DNA from: Mobula hypostoma
Taxonomy: Eukaryota
Length of the DNA: 64,000 nt
Reading direction: 5' to 3'
NCBI RefSeq assembly: GCF_963921235.1
Contig: NC_086097.1
Location: forward strand, 92,940,001 to 93,004,000
A model generated the notes under the pieces. The model searched no databases, was not told the origin of the DNA, and was given only the letters and a program-made list of their open reading frames with translations. Below, piece by piece: positions 1 through 12,904 of the stretch. The position numbers and the translations under genes were made by a program. Positions within the stretch are counted from its first letter, which is position 1. Each line of letters opens with the position of its first letter.

Positions 1-414
1 GGGTTCACATCGATGGGGTCTCAGTCTGGGATCGGGGTGAGGGTAGGGGCTCTGTGAATGGAAATGTGGTGAATGTGGGGGTGGGGACAATGCTTGGGTG
101 GAGGTCTAAAGGGAAAGGCCTGGATGAGTGGGAAGTGAATTGGCAAACAGGATCTGGAATGGGAGTGTCCAATGCTTGCTTGGTGAAGGGAGGAGCTCAG
201 AAATGGGCGTGGTGTCTGGGAGTGACTCCAGGTGGGGAATATCAGGAATGAGGTGGGGGGGGGGGGAGATGTCTGGAATGGGAAAAGTGTCCAGCGAATA
301 GTAAGGTGGGAAATGTTCAGAATGCTGAAGGTGTCTGGGTAAGTGTTGGAAGTCGTGAGGTGTCCGGGGAATGTTAGGTAACTGACATTCTAGTGAATAC
401 AAACTTCTGGTCAT

Positions 415-835
415 ATGAAGAGCGTTTGACGGCTCTGGGCCCGTAGTCGTCAGAATTCAGAATGAGGGGTGACGTCATCAAGACCTATCAAATGGTGAAA
501 GGTCTTGATAGAGTGGATGTGGAGAGGATGTTTCCTATGGTGGGAAATTCTAAGACCAGAGGACACAGCCTAAGAATAGACAAGGAGTCCTTTTAGAATA
601 GACATGAGGTGGAACTTCTTTAGCCAAAGAGTGGTGAATCTGTGGAATTCATTGTCACAGGCAGCTGTGGAGACCAATATTTAACCATACGAATATTTAA
701 GGCAGAGGTTGATAGATCCTTGATTGGTCAAGGCATGAAGGGATATGGGCGAAGGCAGGAGATTGGGGCTGAGAGGAAAAATGGATCAGCCATGATGAAA
801 TGGTGGAGCAGACTCGATGGGCCAAATGGCCTAAC
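415..835 (+). mobile_element. CR1-type LINE, degraded 3' fragment
   Basis: Matches the CR1 ORF2 C-terminus and 3'UTR pattern repeated across the window (gaatgaggggtgac...agagtggtgaatctgtggaattc...gatgggccaaatggcct). Confidence 0.85.
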
Positions 836-1295
836 TGGAGCTTTAGCACTAACTGCAACACAACTGCACCATACTGATCGCAATTCCCGAGCATCAGCTA
901 ATAAAGGACAGTTGACTGTCAATTTAAGAGGCCACGGGCAATTGAAACGTGCAAGTTTTAGGGTGATAAGATATCTCGCAAATGGTGAGGTGCTGTGCAC
1001 AGAATCATTTAATAGCAGGGTGGGAATAGTTTGTCCTCAAAGTAAAACAACTGGGCATATACTATCTATTTTAATTGGGCTGACTGAAACAAAACAAGAG
1101 CAGTCCTATAATTAATGGTTTGTTTTATTTAGCAGAACAGCAATTATATGCATCCAAAGTAAAACTGTCATTAACATTCCAAATGAAGGCGGCTGTATAG
1201 AACTGATAGCACTGGAACAGGCTGTTTGCCCTACAACTCCATGCCAGTGTTTGTGTTCCTGAAGGGTCTTCACCCACCCTTGTTCATCCAGCCCA

Positions 1296-1655
1296 GGTGA
1301 GGTGGCACTGTGGCACAGCTGTGAGGCGTTTGATCCTATTGGCTGGACTGCAGCGGTTACCTGGGTGCTCCCGTTCCCTCCCACATCTGAAAGGCATGCG
1401 GCAGGGGTGCCCAACTGGGGGTCCATGGACCCCTTGCTCAATGGTAGGTGTCCATGGCATAACAAAGGCCGGGGACCTCTCGTGTGTGGATTGATAAGTA
1501 AATTGACCCTTGATGTAGGTGAGAGGTAGATATGGGGAGAGAGTAAAATAAAGAGGGTTTATGTAGGATTAGTGTAAATGTGGTTGATGGTCATCATGGA
1601 CTGAATAGGCCAAAGGGTCTCATTCCATGCTGAATACTGTACCTCTTTGACTCTT
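1296..1655 (+). mobile_element. tRNA-derived V-SINE/HE1-like SINE, interrupted by a MITE
   Basis: Degenerate head ggcactgtggcacagc, core gggtgctcccgttccctcccacatc, CR1-like tail (ggccaaagggtctcattccatgctg). Confidence 0.7.
1402..1481. mobile_element. 80-bp hAT-like MITE
   Basis: Imperfect TIRs caggggtgcccaac / ggccggggacctctc. The 8-bp flanks gcatgcgg and gtgtgtgg are both explicable as CpG-decayed gcgtgcgg. A related copy lies at 57497-57576. Confidence 0.65.
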
Positions 1656-2174
1656 TGTCAATCAGTGTAATCGCTTTCACAATGGAAAAAAAAATCTTGT
1701 TAAGTCTTAGGGGGAAGTCATGTCTTATCAACTTGATTGGAATTTTGAAGGCAGTGATAAATAAGGATACAGCTGTGGATGTTGTCTACATGGATTTTGT
1801 TAAGGCGTTGGACAACATCCCTCAAAAATATCCAGTATAAATGATGTATTGATATAGAGGAGATTTACAAGGATGTTGCCTGGATTGGGGAGCATGCCTT
1901 ACAAGAATAGGTTACGTGAACTTGGCCTTTTCTCCTTGGAGCGACGGAGGATGAGAGGTGACCTGATAGAGGTGTGTAAGATGATGAGAGGCATTGATCA
2001 TGTGGACAGACAGAGGCTTTTTCCCAGGGCTGAAATGGCTAGCACAAGAGTTTTAAGGTGCTTGGAAGCAGGTACAGGGGAGATGTCGGGGCAAGTTTTT
2101 TTTCCCCACAGAGAGTGGTGAGTGCATGGAATGGGCTGCCGGCGGTGGTGGAGGCAGATACGATTGTGTCTTTT

Positions 2175-3425
2175 TTTAAAAAATCTTTTTATTGAATAAG
2201 TATACAAAAAAGGTAAGCCATATAAACATTAATACAATGTTAAAGTATAATAAAATTCCAAAAGGTATCAATACCAAAAAAAAATACTACAAACAATGTA
2301 ATTTAAACATAAGAAACCAAGATAACATAATAGTATACTAAATTTTATATATATCAATGGAAAAAAAAAGAAAAAAAAACCCCAAAAAAAAACCCACCGT
2401 GCAACTAACTAAAAGCAAAGCAAAGCAATGGGCTAACTTGAAACCAAACAGAGTTAAACTTAAAATCACGTCCTCAATCCCGACCTCCATTAAAAACAGT
2501 GAAAAAAAACAAGAAGGGTAAATATTACATTAAATGAAAATATCGAATAAAAGGTCCCCAAATCTGTTCAAATTTAAATGAAGAATCATAAAGGTTACTT
2601 CTAATTTTCTCCAAGTTCAAACATAAAATCGTCTGAGAAAACCAAAAAAAGGTAGTTGGAGCATTAAGCTCTTTCCAATGTTGTAAAATACATCTTTTCG
2701 CCATTAAAGTAAGAAATGCAATCATTCTACGGACTGAAGGGGAAAGATTACTAGAAATTTTAGGTAGTCCAAAGATAGCAGTAATAGGGTGAGGAGAGAT
2801 ATCTATATTTAATACCTTAGAAATAATATTGAAAATATCTCTCCAAAAAGTTTCCAAAGTAGGGCAAGACCAAAACATATGAGTTAAAGAGGCTATCTGC
2901 CCCGAACATCTATCACAGAAAGGATTAATATGCGAGTAAAAACGCGCTAACTTATCTTTGGACATATGTGCTCTATGAACCACTTTAAATTGAATTAGGG
3001 AATGTTTAGCACAAATAGAGGAAGTATTAACTAATTGTAAAATCTGCCCCCAATCATCCACAGAAATGGTAAGCCCCAATTCCTGTTCCCAATCTACCCT
3101 AATCTTATCAAATGGAGCTTTCCTAAGTTTCATAATAATATTATAAATCATAGTCGATGCACCTTTCTGACATGGATTGAGGTTAATTATCGAATCTAAA
3201 ATATATGTAGGAGGAAGCATTGGAAAGGAAGAAAGTATAGTACTTAGGAAATTTCTAACTTGTAAATATCTAAAAAAATGTATTCTTGATAAGTTATATT
3301 TATTAGATAATTGTTCAAAAGACATAAGGGAACCATCTAAAAATAAATCCAAAAACCGTAAAATACCCTTAGTCTTCCAAGTTTGAAAAGCGCGATCCGT
3401 AAAAGAGGGAGGAAAAAATATGTTA
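2175..3425 (-). mobile_element. 5'-truncated L1-clade LINE with A-rich tail and 13-bp TSD
   Basis: TSD gattgtgtctttt at 2162-2174 and 3426-3438; AATAAA and A-rich tail on the minus strand; ORF2 C-terminal coding region. Confidence 0.93.
2525..3352 (-). pseudogene. L1 ORF2 C-terminal fragment with CCHC (zf-RVT-like) zinc knuckle, uninterrupted for 275 aa
   Basis: Motifs FFRYLQVR, LIQFKVVHRAH and CDRC...SLTHMFWSC are typical of fish L1 ORF2. Confidence 0.9.
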
Positions 3426-3591
3426 GATTGTGTCTTTTAAGAGACTCCTGGATAGGTACATGGAGCTCAAAAAAAGTAGAGTGCTACGGGTAACTCAAGG
3501 TAATTTCTAAAGTAAGTACATGTTCGGCACAGCATTGTGAGCCGAAGGGCCTATATTGTACTGTAGGTTTTCTATGTTTCCATAAGTAATG

Positions 3592-3627
3592 TTATATATA
3601 TATATATATACACACACATACACATAC

Positions 3628-3672
<45 letters not shown>
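3592..3672. repeat. Compound microsatellite (TA)n(CA)n(TG)n(TA)n
   Basis: Seen directly. Confidence 0.97.
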
Positions 3673-3734
3673 AATAAAAAATGTATAATTATTTTACATA
3701 CTACAAAAACATACACATACATACATATACACAG

Positions 3735-4810
3735 TATATTTGGATGAAAAGGTGGATTAGTAAATTTGCAGAGGATACAAAAATTAGAAGACTGCCGAAG
3801 GATAATTGGGAAATAGATTAGCTGCAGAAATGGGCAGGGATGGAGTTTATTAAGTGTCGCACTTTGGAAGATCAAATGAAAAAGGGCAGTTAATGGTGCT
3901 GATGTGCAGCGGGATCTTGAGTTCCAAGTCCATAACCTCCCTGAAGGTTGCTACACGTTTGATAGGGAGGAAAAGAAGACTTATGGAACCTTGCCTTTAT
4001 TAATCAAGGAATTGAGTTGAAGAGTCATGAAGTCATGTTGCAGTTTCAGAACACTCTAGGTTGGCCACACCTAAAGCAATGCTTTCAGATCTGTTCACCC
4101 CATTAGATGAGGGCTTTGGAAAAGATGCCAAAGAGGTTTACCAGGAGACTACCTGGATCAGAGGGTATGTACTGTAAGGAGAGACTGGACAAACATGGGT
4201 TATTTTCTCTGGAGTTGTGGAGGCTGAGGGGAGAGTTGATAGAGGATTATAAAATTATGAGAGCTACAGGTAGAGTAGACAGACACTATCTTTCTCCCAG
4301 GGTTGAAATGTTTCATACCTGAGGGCATGCATTTAAGGTGAGAGAGGACAAGTTCAAAGGAGATGTGTAGTGACAGTATTTTACAGAGATTGGTGTGAAT
4401 TAGGATTAGGAAATTTAAGGCGGAGGAACACTTAGGAGACAGTGATCGTAATGTGCTAGAATTCACCCTGCAGATTGAGAGGGAGAAGCTAAAATCTAAC
4501 GCACTAAAAGTTAATGTACCAGTTAGTAGGTTATTTGTCATTGCAAATTGTCCTGTGATTAGAGTACTTTGAAATAGGCGGGCTGCTGGGCAGTGTGGCT
4601 TTTTGGGCATGAAGGGTCTGTTCCATGCTGTATCTCTAAATAAGTAAATAACGACAAATCAGATCCATCAGTATTACAGTGGAGTAAAGGAAGCTAAAGA
4701 GTCTTAATAGAGGAGCTGACCAAAGTTGATTGAAAGGAGGCAGTAACAGGAATGATGGTAGAGCAGCAATGGCTGGAATTTCTGGGAGTAATTTGGAAGA
4801 TGCGTGATTG
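3735..4810 (+). mobile_element. Old CR1-type fragments with a SINE 3' piece at about 4505-4650
   Basis: Peptide RFTRRLPG...LFSLELWRLRGELIEDYKIM; endonuclease-end remnant gaacacttaggagacagtgatcg (HLGDSD). Confidence 0.75.
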
Positions 4811-4819
4811 GTACATCCT

Positions 4820-5480
4820 AACAATTCAAAGTACATTTATTATCCAAGTATGCATACAGAATACAACTCTGAGATACGTCCTCCCACAGGCAGCCATAAA
4901 CAAAGAAACACCATGGAACCCATTCAAGAAAACATCGAACATCCAAAGTGCGGGGCCATTCTTCACTGAAGCATCCCCATCCACATTGATCACCCCAAAC
5001 AAACTGCTTAAAAGCAGCAAAAGAAAGAGTAACCAGAATCCAGAAACACATGCAATGTGAACCTCAAAGTTCCCCAAAACAAGTCCACAGCCTGGCTAAT
5101 GAATTTTTGCAACATGGATCCGAAGTCTCCTGAACTTTCCTCCAAAAGCAGCTAGCGAGAGGGAGGGGAAGACTGGCCAAATGCAGGCAGACAGCACCGA
5201 ACACCTACTCTCAATCAGAGAGAAGCAATGGAATAGATCATGAGCTCACTTCTCCCCCATTTCCAGGCTTCCAGGCCTCTCACTCTGCTCCAAACCTCAC
5301 TGAACTCCCTTGGAGTCAGATCGTTCAATCGACCCAAAATCCATCAAAGTGTACATCATTGGTTCCATTTACAACAGCTTAGTATAATCATGTTTGAAAG
5401 CAGAAGAATAAGTAAAAGAAATAGTTTCATCAACTGTCTGCATGGTCGCCTTTGGTCACGCCATTCATTGATGCCATCTT
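4820..5480 (-). mobile_element. Non-autonomous retroelement starting AAGATGGC with a gataataaatgtactttgaa tail
   Basis: tgccatctt at 5472-5480; the tail is shared with other Rex/L2-type 3' ends in the window. Confidence 0.5.
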
Positions 5481-5509
5481 GAATGTCTTGAGGAAGAGGA
5501 AGCATTCTA

Positions 5510-6445
5510 AGGGAGGATGAGTTCTAGTTTCACCCAACCTCAGTGGAAGAAGTTTGCTTGCATTTATCCTATCTATACCCCTCATCATTTTGTATACCTC
5601 TATCAAATCTCCCCTCAATCTTCTACATTCTAGAGAATAAAGTCTTAACCTATTCAACCTTTCCCTAAAACTCAGGACCTCAAGTCCTGGCAACATCCTT
5701 GTAAACTTTCTCTGCAGTCTTTCAATATTATTGACATCTTTCCTGTAGGTAGGTGACCAAAACTGCACACAGTACTCCAAATGAGGCCCCACCAACGTCT
5801 TACACAATTTCAACAAAACATCCTGTACTCAATACAATGATCTACAAAGGCCAATGTGCCAGAAGCGTTCTTTATGACCCTATCAACCTGTGATGCCACC
5901 TTCAAGGAATTCTGGGAATACCTGTATTCCCAGAACCCTCTGTTCTACCACACTCCTCAGTGCCCTGTCACTCATTGTGTAAGACCTACCATAGTTGGAC
6001 CTCCCAAAGTGCAACACCACACACTGTCTGAATTAAATTCCATCTGCCATTTATCAGCCCATTTTTCCAGCTGGCCCAGAACCCGCTGCAAGCTTTGATA
6101 GCCTTCCTTGCTGTCCACTACACCCCCAGTCTTGGTGTCATCTGTAAATTTGCTGATCCAGTTTACCACATTATTATCCAGATCATTGAAACAGATGACA
6201 AACACCAACAGACCCAACCAATCCCTGCGGGATACCACTGGCTTCCAGTTAGAAAGGCAACCATCTCCAACTACTTCCGTGAAGCCCATGTTTAATCCGA
6301 TTTTCTATCTCATCTTGAATGCCAAGCAACTGAACCTTCTTGAATAACCACCCATGTGGGACCTTGTCAAAGACCTTGCTGAAGTCCACGTAGACAACAT
6401 CCACTGCTTTCATCAACTTTCCTGGAAGCTTCCTCGAAATTCTCT
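5510..6445 (-). mobile_element. CR1-type LINE RT fragment
   Basis: ISKFTDDTKTGG, WQMEFN, PHLEYCVQFWSP, RGDLIEVYKMM; frameshifted. Confidence 0.92.
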
Positions 6446-6446
6446 G

Positions 6447-7800
6447 TCGTTAAGATCAAAGAACTGATTGTGGACTTCAGAAACGGTAAGACGAGCAAAC
6501 ACACACCGGTCCTCATAGAGGGATCAGAAATGGAAAGAGTGAGCAGTTTCAAGTTCCTGCATGTCAGTATCTCTGAGGATCTATTCTCGACCCAACATAT
6601 TGATGCTTCTACAAAGAAGGCACGACAGCAGCTCTATTTCATTCAGAATTTGAGAAGATTTGGTCCTGTGTGTCACCAAAAATATTTTACAGACGTACTG
6701 TGGAGAACATTTAAACTGGCTACATCACCGTCTGGTATGAAGTGTGTGTGTGGGGGCAGGGTGCTACAGCACAGGATTAAAGTAAGTTTCAGAGAGTCAA
6801 GGAGCAATGACTCAAAAAGGCAGTGTCCATCGCTAAGGAGCCCCAACACCCAGGTGTTGCTTCCATCAGGGAGGAGAGACCCGAGCCAAAAGGCACACAC
6901 TCAATGATTCAGGAACAGCTACTTCCCCTCTGCCATCTGATTTCTCAATGGACATTGAACCCATGAACACTACCTCACTACTTTTTTTTCTTGTTCTAGC
7001 ACTCGTTATTTAATTTAACTGTTATACAATATATATTTACTGTAATTCACAGTTTTTTCTCTATTATGCATTTCATTATACTGCTGCCACAAAGTCCACA
7101 AATATCATGATGGAGGATTACAAATACCTGTGGATACGAATTGACAATCAACTGGACTGGTCAAAGAACACTGAGGCTGTCTACAAGAAGGGTCAGAGCC
7201 GTCTCTATTTCCTGAGGAGACTGAGATCCTTTAACATCTGCCGGACGATGCTGAGCATGTTCTACAAGTCTGTGATGGCCAGTGCTATCAAGTTTGCTGT
7301 TGTGTGCTGGGGCAGCAAGCTGAGGGTAGCAGACACCAACAGAATCAACAAACTCATTCGTAAGGCCAGTGATGTTGTGGGGATGGAACTGGACTCTCTC
7401 ACGGTGGTGTCTGAAAAGAGGATGCTGTCTAAGTTGCATGCCATCTTGGACAATGTCTCCCATCCACTACATAATGTACTGGTTGGGCAGAGTAGTACAT
7501 TCAGCCAGAGACTCATTCCACCGAGATGCAACACAGAGCATCAAAGGAAGTCATTCCTGCCTGTGGCCATCAAACTTTACAACTCCTCCCTTGGAGGGTC
7601 AGACACCCTGAGCCAATAGGCTGGTCCTGGATTTATTTCCTGGCATAATTTACATATTACTATTTAACTATTTATGGTTTTATTACTATTTAATTATTTA
7701 TGGTGCAACTGTAATGAAAACTAATTTCCCCCGGGATCAATAAAGTATGACTATGACTATATGACTATGACATATGCCAGTGATATTAAACCTGATTCTT
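6447..7800 (+). mobile_element. Rex1/Babar-type LINE 3' fragment (host of the nested insertion)
   Basis: KELIVDFR...ERVSSFKFL...KKARQQLYF. The tail catatgccagtgatattaaacctgattct resumes at about 7770. Confidence 0.8.
7108..7770 (+). mobile_element. Younger Rex1/Babar-type LINE 3' fragment with (TATGAC)n tail
   Basis: Open 170-aa frame YKYL...KKGQSRLYFLRRLRSF...HPLH...SFLPVAIKLYN; AATAAA followed by tatgac repeats. Confidence 0.88.
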
Positions 7801-8450
7801 AACCAGTGCTTCAATATCTCTCAAAAACTGAGGTCCCTAAAGCTGTTATCCTTGCCTTTTATTCTGACAGGGACAAACAAACCCTCGAAATTTTAGTTTT
7901 GGATGCCTCCCATGTAAAAAGTACACCTTTGCCAGGAAACAGCCTGTCCCAATCTGTACTTGCCAGATCATTTCTGATACCATCAAAATTGGCTTTCCTC
8001 CAATTTACGTTTGTAGAATCTCAACCTGAGGAACTGAAAACTGTTACTTAATTTTCTTGGAATTTATGGCATTATGATCACTAGGTGCAAAGTGTTCCCC
8101 TATTCAAACTTCTGTCACCTACCCTTTCTCATTCCCTAATAACAGATCTAGTATCACATTCTCTCTAGTTGGGACTAGTATGTACTGATTAAGGAAACGG
8201 TCCTGAACACATTCAACAAACTCTTTCCCATCCAGCCCTTTTACAGTATGGGAGTCCCAGTCAATATGTGGAAAGCAAAAATCACAACCTTATGTTTCTT
8301 GCAATTGTCTATGACGTCTCTACAAATTTGCTGCTCTAAATCCCGCAGATTGTTGGGTGGTCAATAATAACGGTATCCCATTAACATGGTGGTACCTTTC
8401 TTATTCCTCAGTCCTACCTATAAAGCCTTACTGGACGAGCTCTCTGGTCT

Positions 8451-9417
8451 CGCAAACACGAGGAAATCTGCAGATGCTGGGATTTCAAGCAACACACATA
8501 AAAATTGCTGGTGAATGCAGCAGGCCAGGCAGCATCTCTAGGAAGAGGGCCCCTACGTGACTCCCTTGTCCATTCGTTCCCCCCCATCCCTCCTCACCGA
8601 TCTCCCTCCTGGCACTTATCCTTGTAAGCAGAACAAGTGCTACACCTGCCCTTACACTTCCTCCCTTACCACCATTCAGGGCCTCAGACAGTCCTTCCAG
8701 GTGAGGCAACACTTCACCTGTGAGTCGACTGGGATGATATACTGCGTCCGGTGCTCCCGATATGGCCTTCTATATATTGGCAAGACCTGACGCAGACTGG
8801 GAGACCGCTTTGCTGAACACCCACGCTCTGTCCGCCAGAGAAAACAGGATCTCCCAGTGGCCACACATTTTAATTCCATGTCCCATTCCCATTCGGATAT
8901 GCCTATCCATGGCCTCCTCTACTGTCAAGATGAAGCCACACTCAGGTTGGAGGAACAACACCTTATATTCCGTCTGGGTAGCCTCCAACCTGATGGCATG
9001 AACATTGACTTCTCTAACTTCCGCTAATGCCCCACCTCCCCCTCGTACCCCATCCGTTATTTATTTATATACACACATTCTTTCTCTCACTCTCCTTTTT
9101 CTCCCTCTGTCCCTCTCACTGTACCCTTTGCCCATCCTCTGGGCTTCTCCCCCCCCTTTTCTTTCTCCCTGGGCCTCCTGTCCCATGATCCTCTCATATC
9201 CCTTTTGCCAATCAACTGTCCAGCTCTTGCCTCCATCCCTCCCCCTCCTGTCTTCTCCTATCATTTTGGATCTCCCCCTCCCCCTCCCACTTTCAAATCT
9301 CTTACTAGCTCTTCTTTCAGTTAGTCCTGACGAAGGGTCTCAGCCCGAAACGTTGACTGTACCTCTTCCTAGAGATGCTGCCTGGCCTGCTGCGTTCACC
9401 AGCAACTTTTATGTGTG
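8451..9417 (+). mobile_element. Penelope-like element (Neptune-type GIY-YIG region plus 3' repeat) with a short inverted 3'-end copy at 8451-8548
   Basis: YPCKQNKCYTC linker and IYCVRCSRYGLLYIGKT. TSD gagctctct(g/a)gtct at 8437-8450 and 9418-9431. Confidence 0.92.
9318..9360 (+). ncRNA. Minimal type I hammerhead ribozyme (GUU triplet variant)
   Basis: agtc-CTGACGA-A-gggt ctca gccc-GAAA-CGTT-gact. Confidence 0.75.
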
Positions 9418-10539
9418 GAGCTCTCTAGTCTGTCCTGATTGAGCACTGCAGTGACATATTCCTTGACTAGTAATGCCACCCCTCCCCCTTTAATCCTTCA
9501 CACTCTATCACGTCTAAAACAACAGAACCCTGAAACATTGAGCTGCCAGTCCTGCCCATCCTGCAACCAAGTCTCACCAATGGCCACAAAGTCATAATTC
9601 CACATGCTGATCCATGCCCTAAACTCACCTGCCTCTCCTACAATATTCCTTGCATTGAAATATCTGCAGCTCAGAACATTAGTCCCACTATGCTCAACCT
9701 TTCCATTCCTGACTTTGTGCAAAGACTTGATGTCTCTCTCCACAACCATTCCACCAGCCGTTCTGGCATTCTGGTTTCCACACCCCCGCAGCTCTAGTTT
9801 AAATCACACCCCCCCCCCATGCAGCACTAGTAAACCCATGCACCACAATATTAGTCCTCCTCCAGTTCAGGTGCAAACCATTCCTTCTGTACAGGTCCCA
9901 CCTTCCCTGGAAGGGAGCTCAATGATCCAAAAATCTGAAGCCCTCACTCCTGCCCCAACCCCATATCCACATGTTAAACTGTATGATCTGGCCTCACCAG
10001 CACGTGGCACAGGTAGCAATGCTGCGATCAGAACCCTGGAGGTCCTGTATTTTAACTTAACACCTAACTCCCTGAACACACTTTGCAGGACCTAACCATG
10101 ACATTGTGACCGATGTGGACCACGACCTCTGACTGTTCAGTCTTCCACTTAAGAAGACTGTGGACTCCACCCGAGATGTCCTTGATCCTGGCATCTGGGA
10201 CGCCATCTAAGAATCTTGTTCTCGTCTGTTCCCCTTACCAACAAATCCCCTATCACTACAGCTCGCCTCTTCTCCCTCCTTCACTTTTGAGCCACAGAGC
10301 CAGACTCAGTGCCAGAGACCTGACTGCTGTAGCTTTCCTCTGCTACATCGTCCCTCCCAACAGTATCCAAAGTGGTGTACCTGTTGTTGAGGGGAATGGC
10401 CACAGGGGTACTCTGCAGTGATTACCTATTCCCTTTCCCCTACCTAATGGTCACCCAGTTACATGTGTTCTGCACTTTGTGTATAACGTCTTCCCTGTAT
10501 ACCCTGTCTATCAACCCCTCAGCCTCCTGAATGATCTGG

Positions 10540-12565
10540 ACTTCATCTCAAAGATGAAGAAATATTCTAAAGGAAGGATGAGACAACTGTGGCTGACAAG
10601 GGAAGTCAAAGATAGCACAAAAGCAAAAGAGAATGCATACAATATAGAAAAAATTAGTGGGAAGTTAGAGGATTGGGAAGCTTTAAAAAACCAACAGAAG
10701 GGAACTGAAAAGGCCATAAGGAGAGAAGAGATGAAATATGAATGTAAGCTAGCCAATATTATAAAAGAGGATACCAAAGGTTTTCAGGTATCAAGAGTAA
10801 AAGAGAGGCAGAAGTGGACATGGGATTGCTGGAAAATGACAACAGAGAGGTAGTAATGGGGAGAAAGAAATGGCAGATGAACTGAATAAGTATTTTGTGT
10901 TAATTTTCACTTGAAAAGACATAGGCAGAATGCCAGAAATTTGAGAGTGTCAGGGGGCAGAAGTGAGTATAGTTGCTTCGGAGGAGAAGGTGCCTGGGAA
11001 GCTGAAAGGTCTGAAGATCAATAAGCCAGCTGGACCAGAGAGACTACAATCCAAGGTTCTTAAAGAGGTAGCTGAAGAGATTGTAGAGGCATTAGTAATG
11101 ATCTTTCAGGAATGACTGGATTCTGGAATTGTTCCAGAGGACTGGAAAATTTCAAATGTTTCTATACTCTTTAAGAAGGGAGGGAGGAAAAAGACAAGAA
11201 ATTAACAACCAGTTAACCAGACTTCAGTGGTTGGTGAGATGCTAGAGGCCATTTTTAAGCATAAAGTTTCGGGTTACTTGGAGGCACACAATAAAATCGG
11301 CCAAAGTCAGTGTGGTTTTCTTAAGGGCAAACTTGAGGAACCCACAGATGGGATAGACAAAGGAGATGCTGTGGATGTTGTTTACTTGGATTTTCAGAAG
11401 CCCTTTGACAAGGTGACAGACATGCAGCTGCTGAAGAAGATAAGAGCCCATGGAAAGATGCTAGCATGGATAGAAGATTATCTGACAGGTAGAAAGCAAA
11501 GAGAGGGAATAAAGGAAGACTTTTCGGCTTGGCTGTCGATGACTACTGATGTTCCACAGGGGTCAGTGTTGGGTCTGCTACTTTTCACATTACATGTTAA
11601 GTCACATTATATGTTATGATCTGGATGATGGATTTCATGGCTTTGTGGCCAAGTTTGCGGATGATAGGTGGAGGGCCAGGTAGTGTTGAAGAAGCAGGAA
11701 GTGTGCAGAGGGACTTGAACTTATTGAACTTGAACTTAGGACGGGTAAAGAAGAGGCAGATGGAATATGGCGTAGCTAAGTATAAGGGCATGAAATTTGA
11801 TAGAAGGAATAAAAGTGTAAACTGTTTTCTAAACGGGGAGAAAATTCAGAAATTGGAGTTGCAGAGGGTCCTAATGCAGGATTCCCTAAAGGTTAACTTG
11901 CAAGTGAGTCAGTAGTAAGGAGGCAAATGCAATATTAGCATTCATTTCAAGAGAACTAGATTATAAAAGCAAGGATGTCATGCTGAGGCTTTAGAAGGCA
12001 CTGGTCAGACTGCATTTGGGGTACTGTAAGCAACTTTAGGCCTCATATCTAAAGAAGCATGTGCCAGCATTAGAGATGGTCCAGAGGAGGTTTACAAGAA
12101 TGAACACGGGAATGTAAGGGTTAACGTTTGAGGAATGTTTGATGGTTCTGGGCCTGTACTCCCTAGAGTTTATATGAATGAGGGGGGTGGGGGGAATCTC
12201 ATGAAACCCACCAAATATTGAAAGGTCTAGGTAGAGTGGACATGGAGAGGATGTTTCCAATAGTGGGTGAGTCTAGGATCAGAGGTCACTGCCTCAGAAT
12301 AGAGGGACATTTAGAACAGAGATGAGGAGGAATTTCTTTAAACAGGGGGTGGAGGATCTGTGGAATTCATTGCCTGTCGAGACCAAGTCATCGGATATAC
12401 TTGAAGTGGAGGTTGCTAGGTTCCTGATTATTAAAGGTGTCAAAGATTGCGGGGAGAAGGCAGAAGAAAGAGGCCAAGAGGGAAAATAAACCATGATGGA
12501 ATGGCAGAGCAGACTCAATGGGCCAAATGGCCTAATTCTGCTCCTATGCCTTATAGTGTTATGGA
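10540..12565 (+). mobile_element. CR1-type LINE, degraded ORF2 RT and 3'UTR
   Basis: VDVVYLDFQKPFDKV and VPQGSVLG; many stops and frameshifts. Confidence 0.92.
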
Positions 12566-12904
12566 TATGGACATTGTGTAGCAGAAAGGATGAGTTTAGT
12601 GGGCCATTTAATTACTAATGTAATTATTTCTCTTCAACATTTTGGGCAGAAGGACCTGTCCCTGTGATGTATTGTTCTATATTGTTTGTTCACATTCAAA
12701 AAAAAATCTAACTTTGAAAAATGTCAATGGATGTCTCCAAGAATGAAGTTGCATTTCGTTTTTATAGCAAGACCTTAAGGTGGTTAGAAAGTATAAGGGA
12801 TGTTCTCTTTTATTAGCTAAGGTTTAGAATGCAAGAGCAGGGAGGTAATGCTATAACATACCACCATAGTGGGCCATATCTCAAATAATGATGGGATGGT
12901 GGAC

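Larger units (their letters stand above)
1700..3582 (+). mobile_element. CR1-type LINE fragments (RT remnant and 3' end), split by the L1 insertion at 2175-3425
   Basis: Peptides AVDVVYMDFVKALD and LFSLERRRMRGDLIEVCKMMRGID. The 3'UTR resumes at 3426 and ends in a tttctatgtttc tail. Confidence 0.9.
7803..10535 (-). mobile_element. CR1-type LINE 5' portion (SGNH/esterase-like ORF1 remnant plus AP endonuclease), split by a PLE
   Basis: FRELGVKLKYRTSRVLIAALLPVPRA; YFNARNI...VAIGETWL...FRRDR. The sequence continues across the PLE TSD. Confidence 0.85.

Noticed and set aside
106..414. Proline-rich 102-aa ORF
   Set aside because: It reflects a G-rich low-complexity plus strand and has no recognisable domain.
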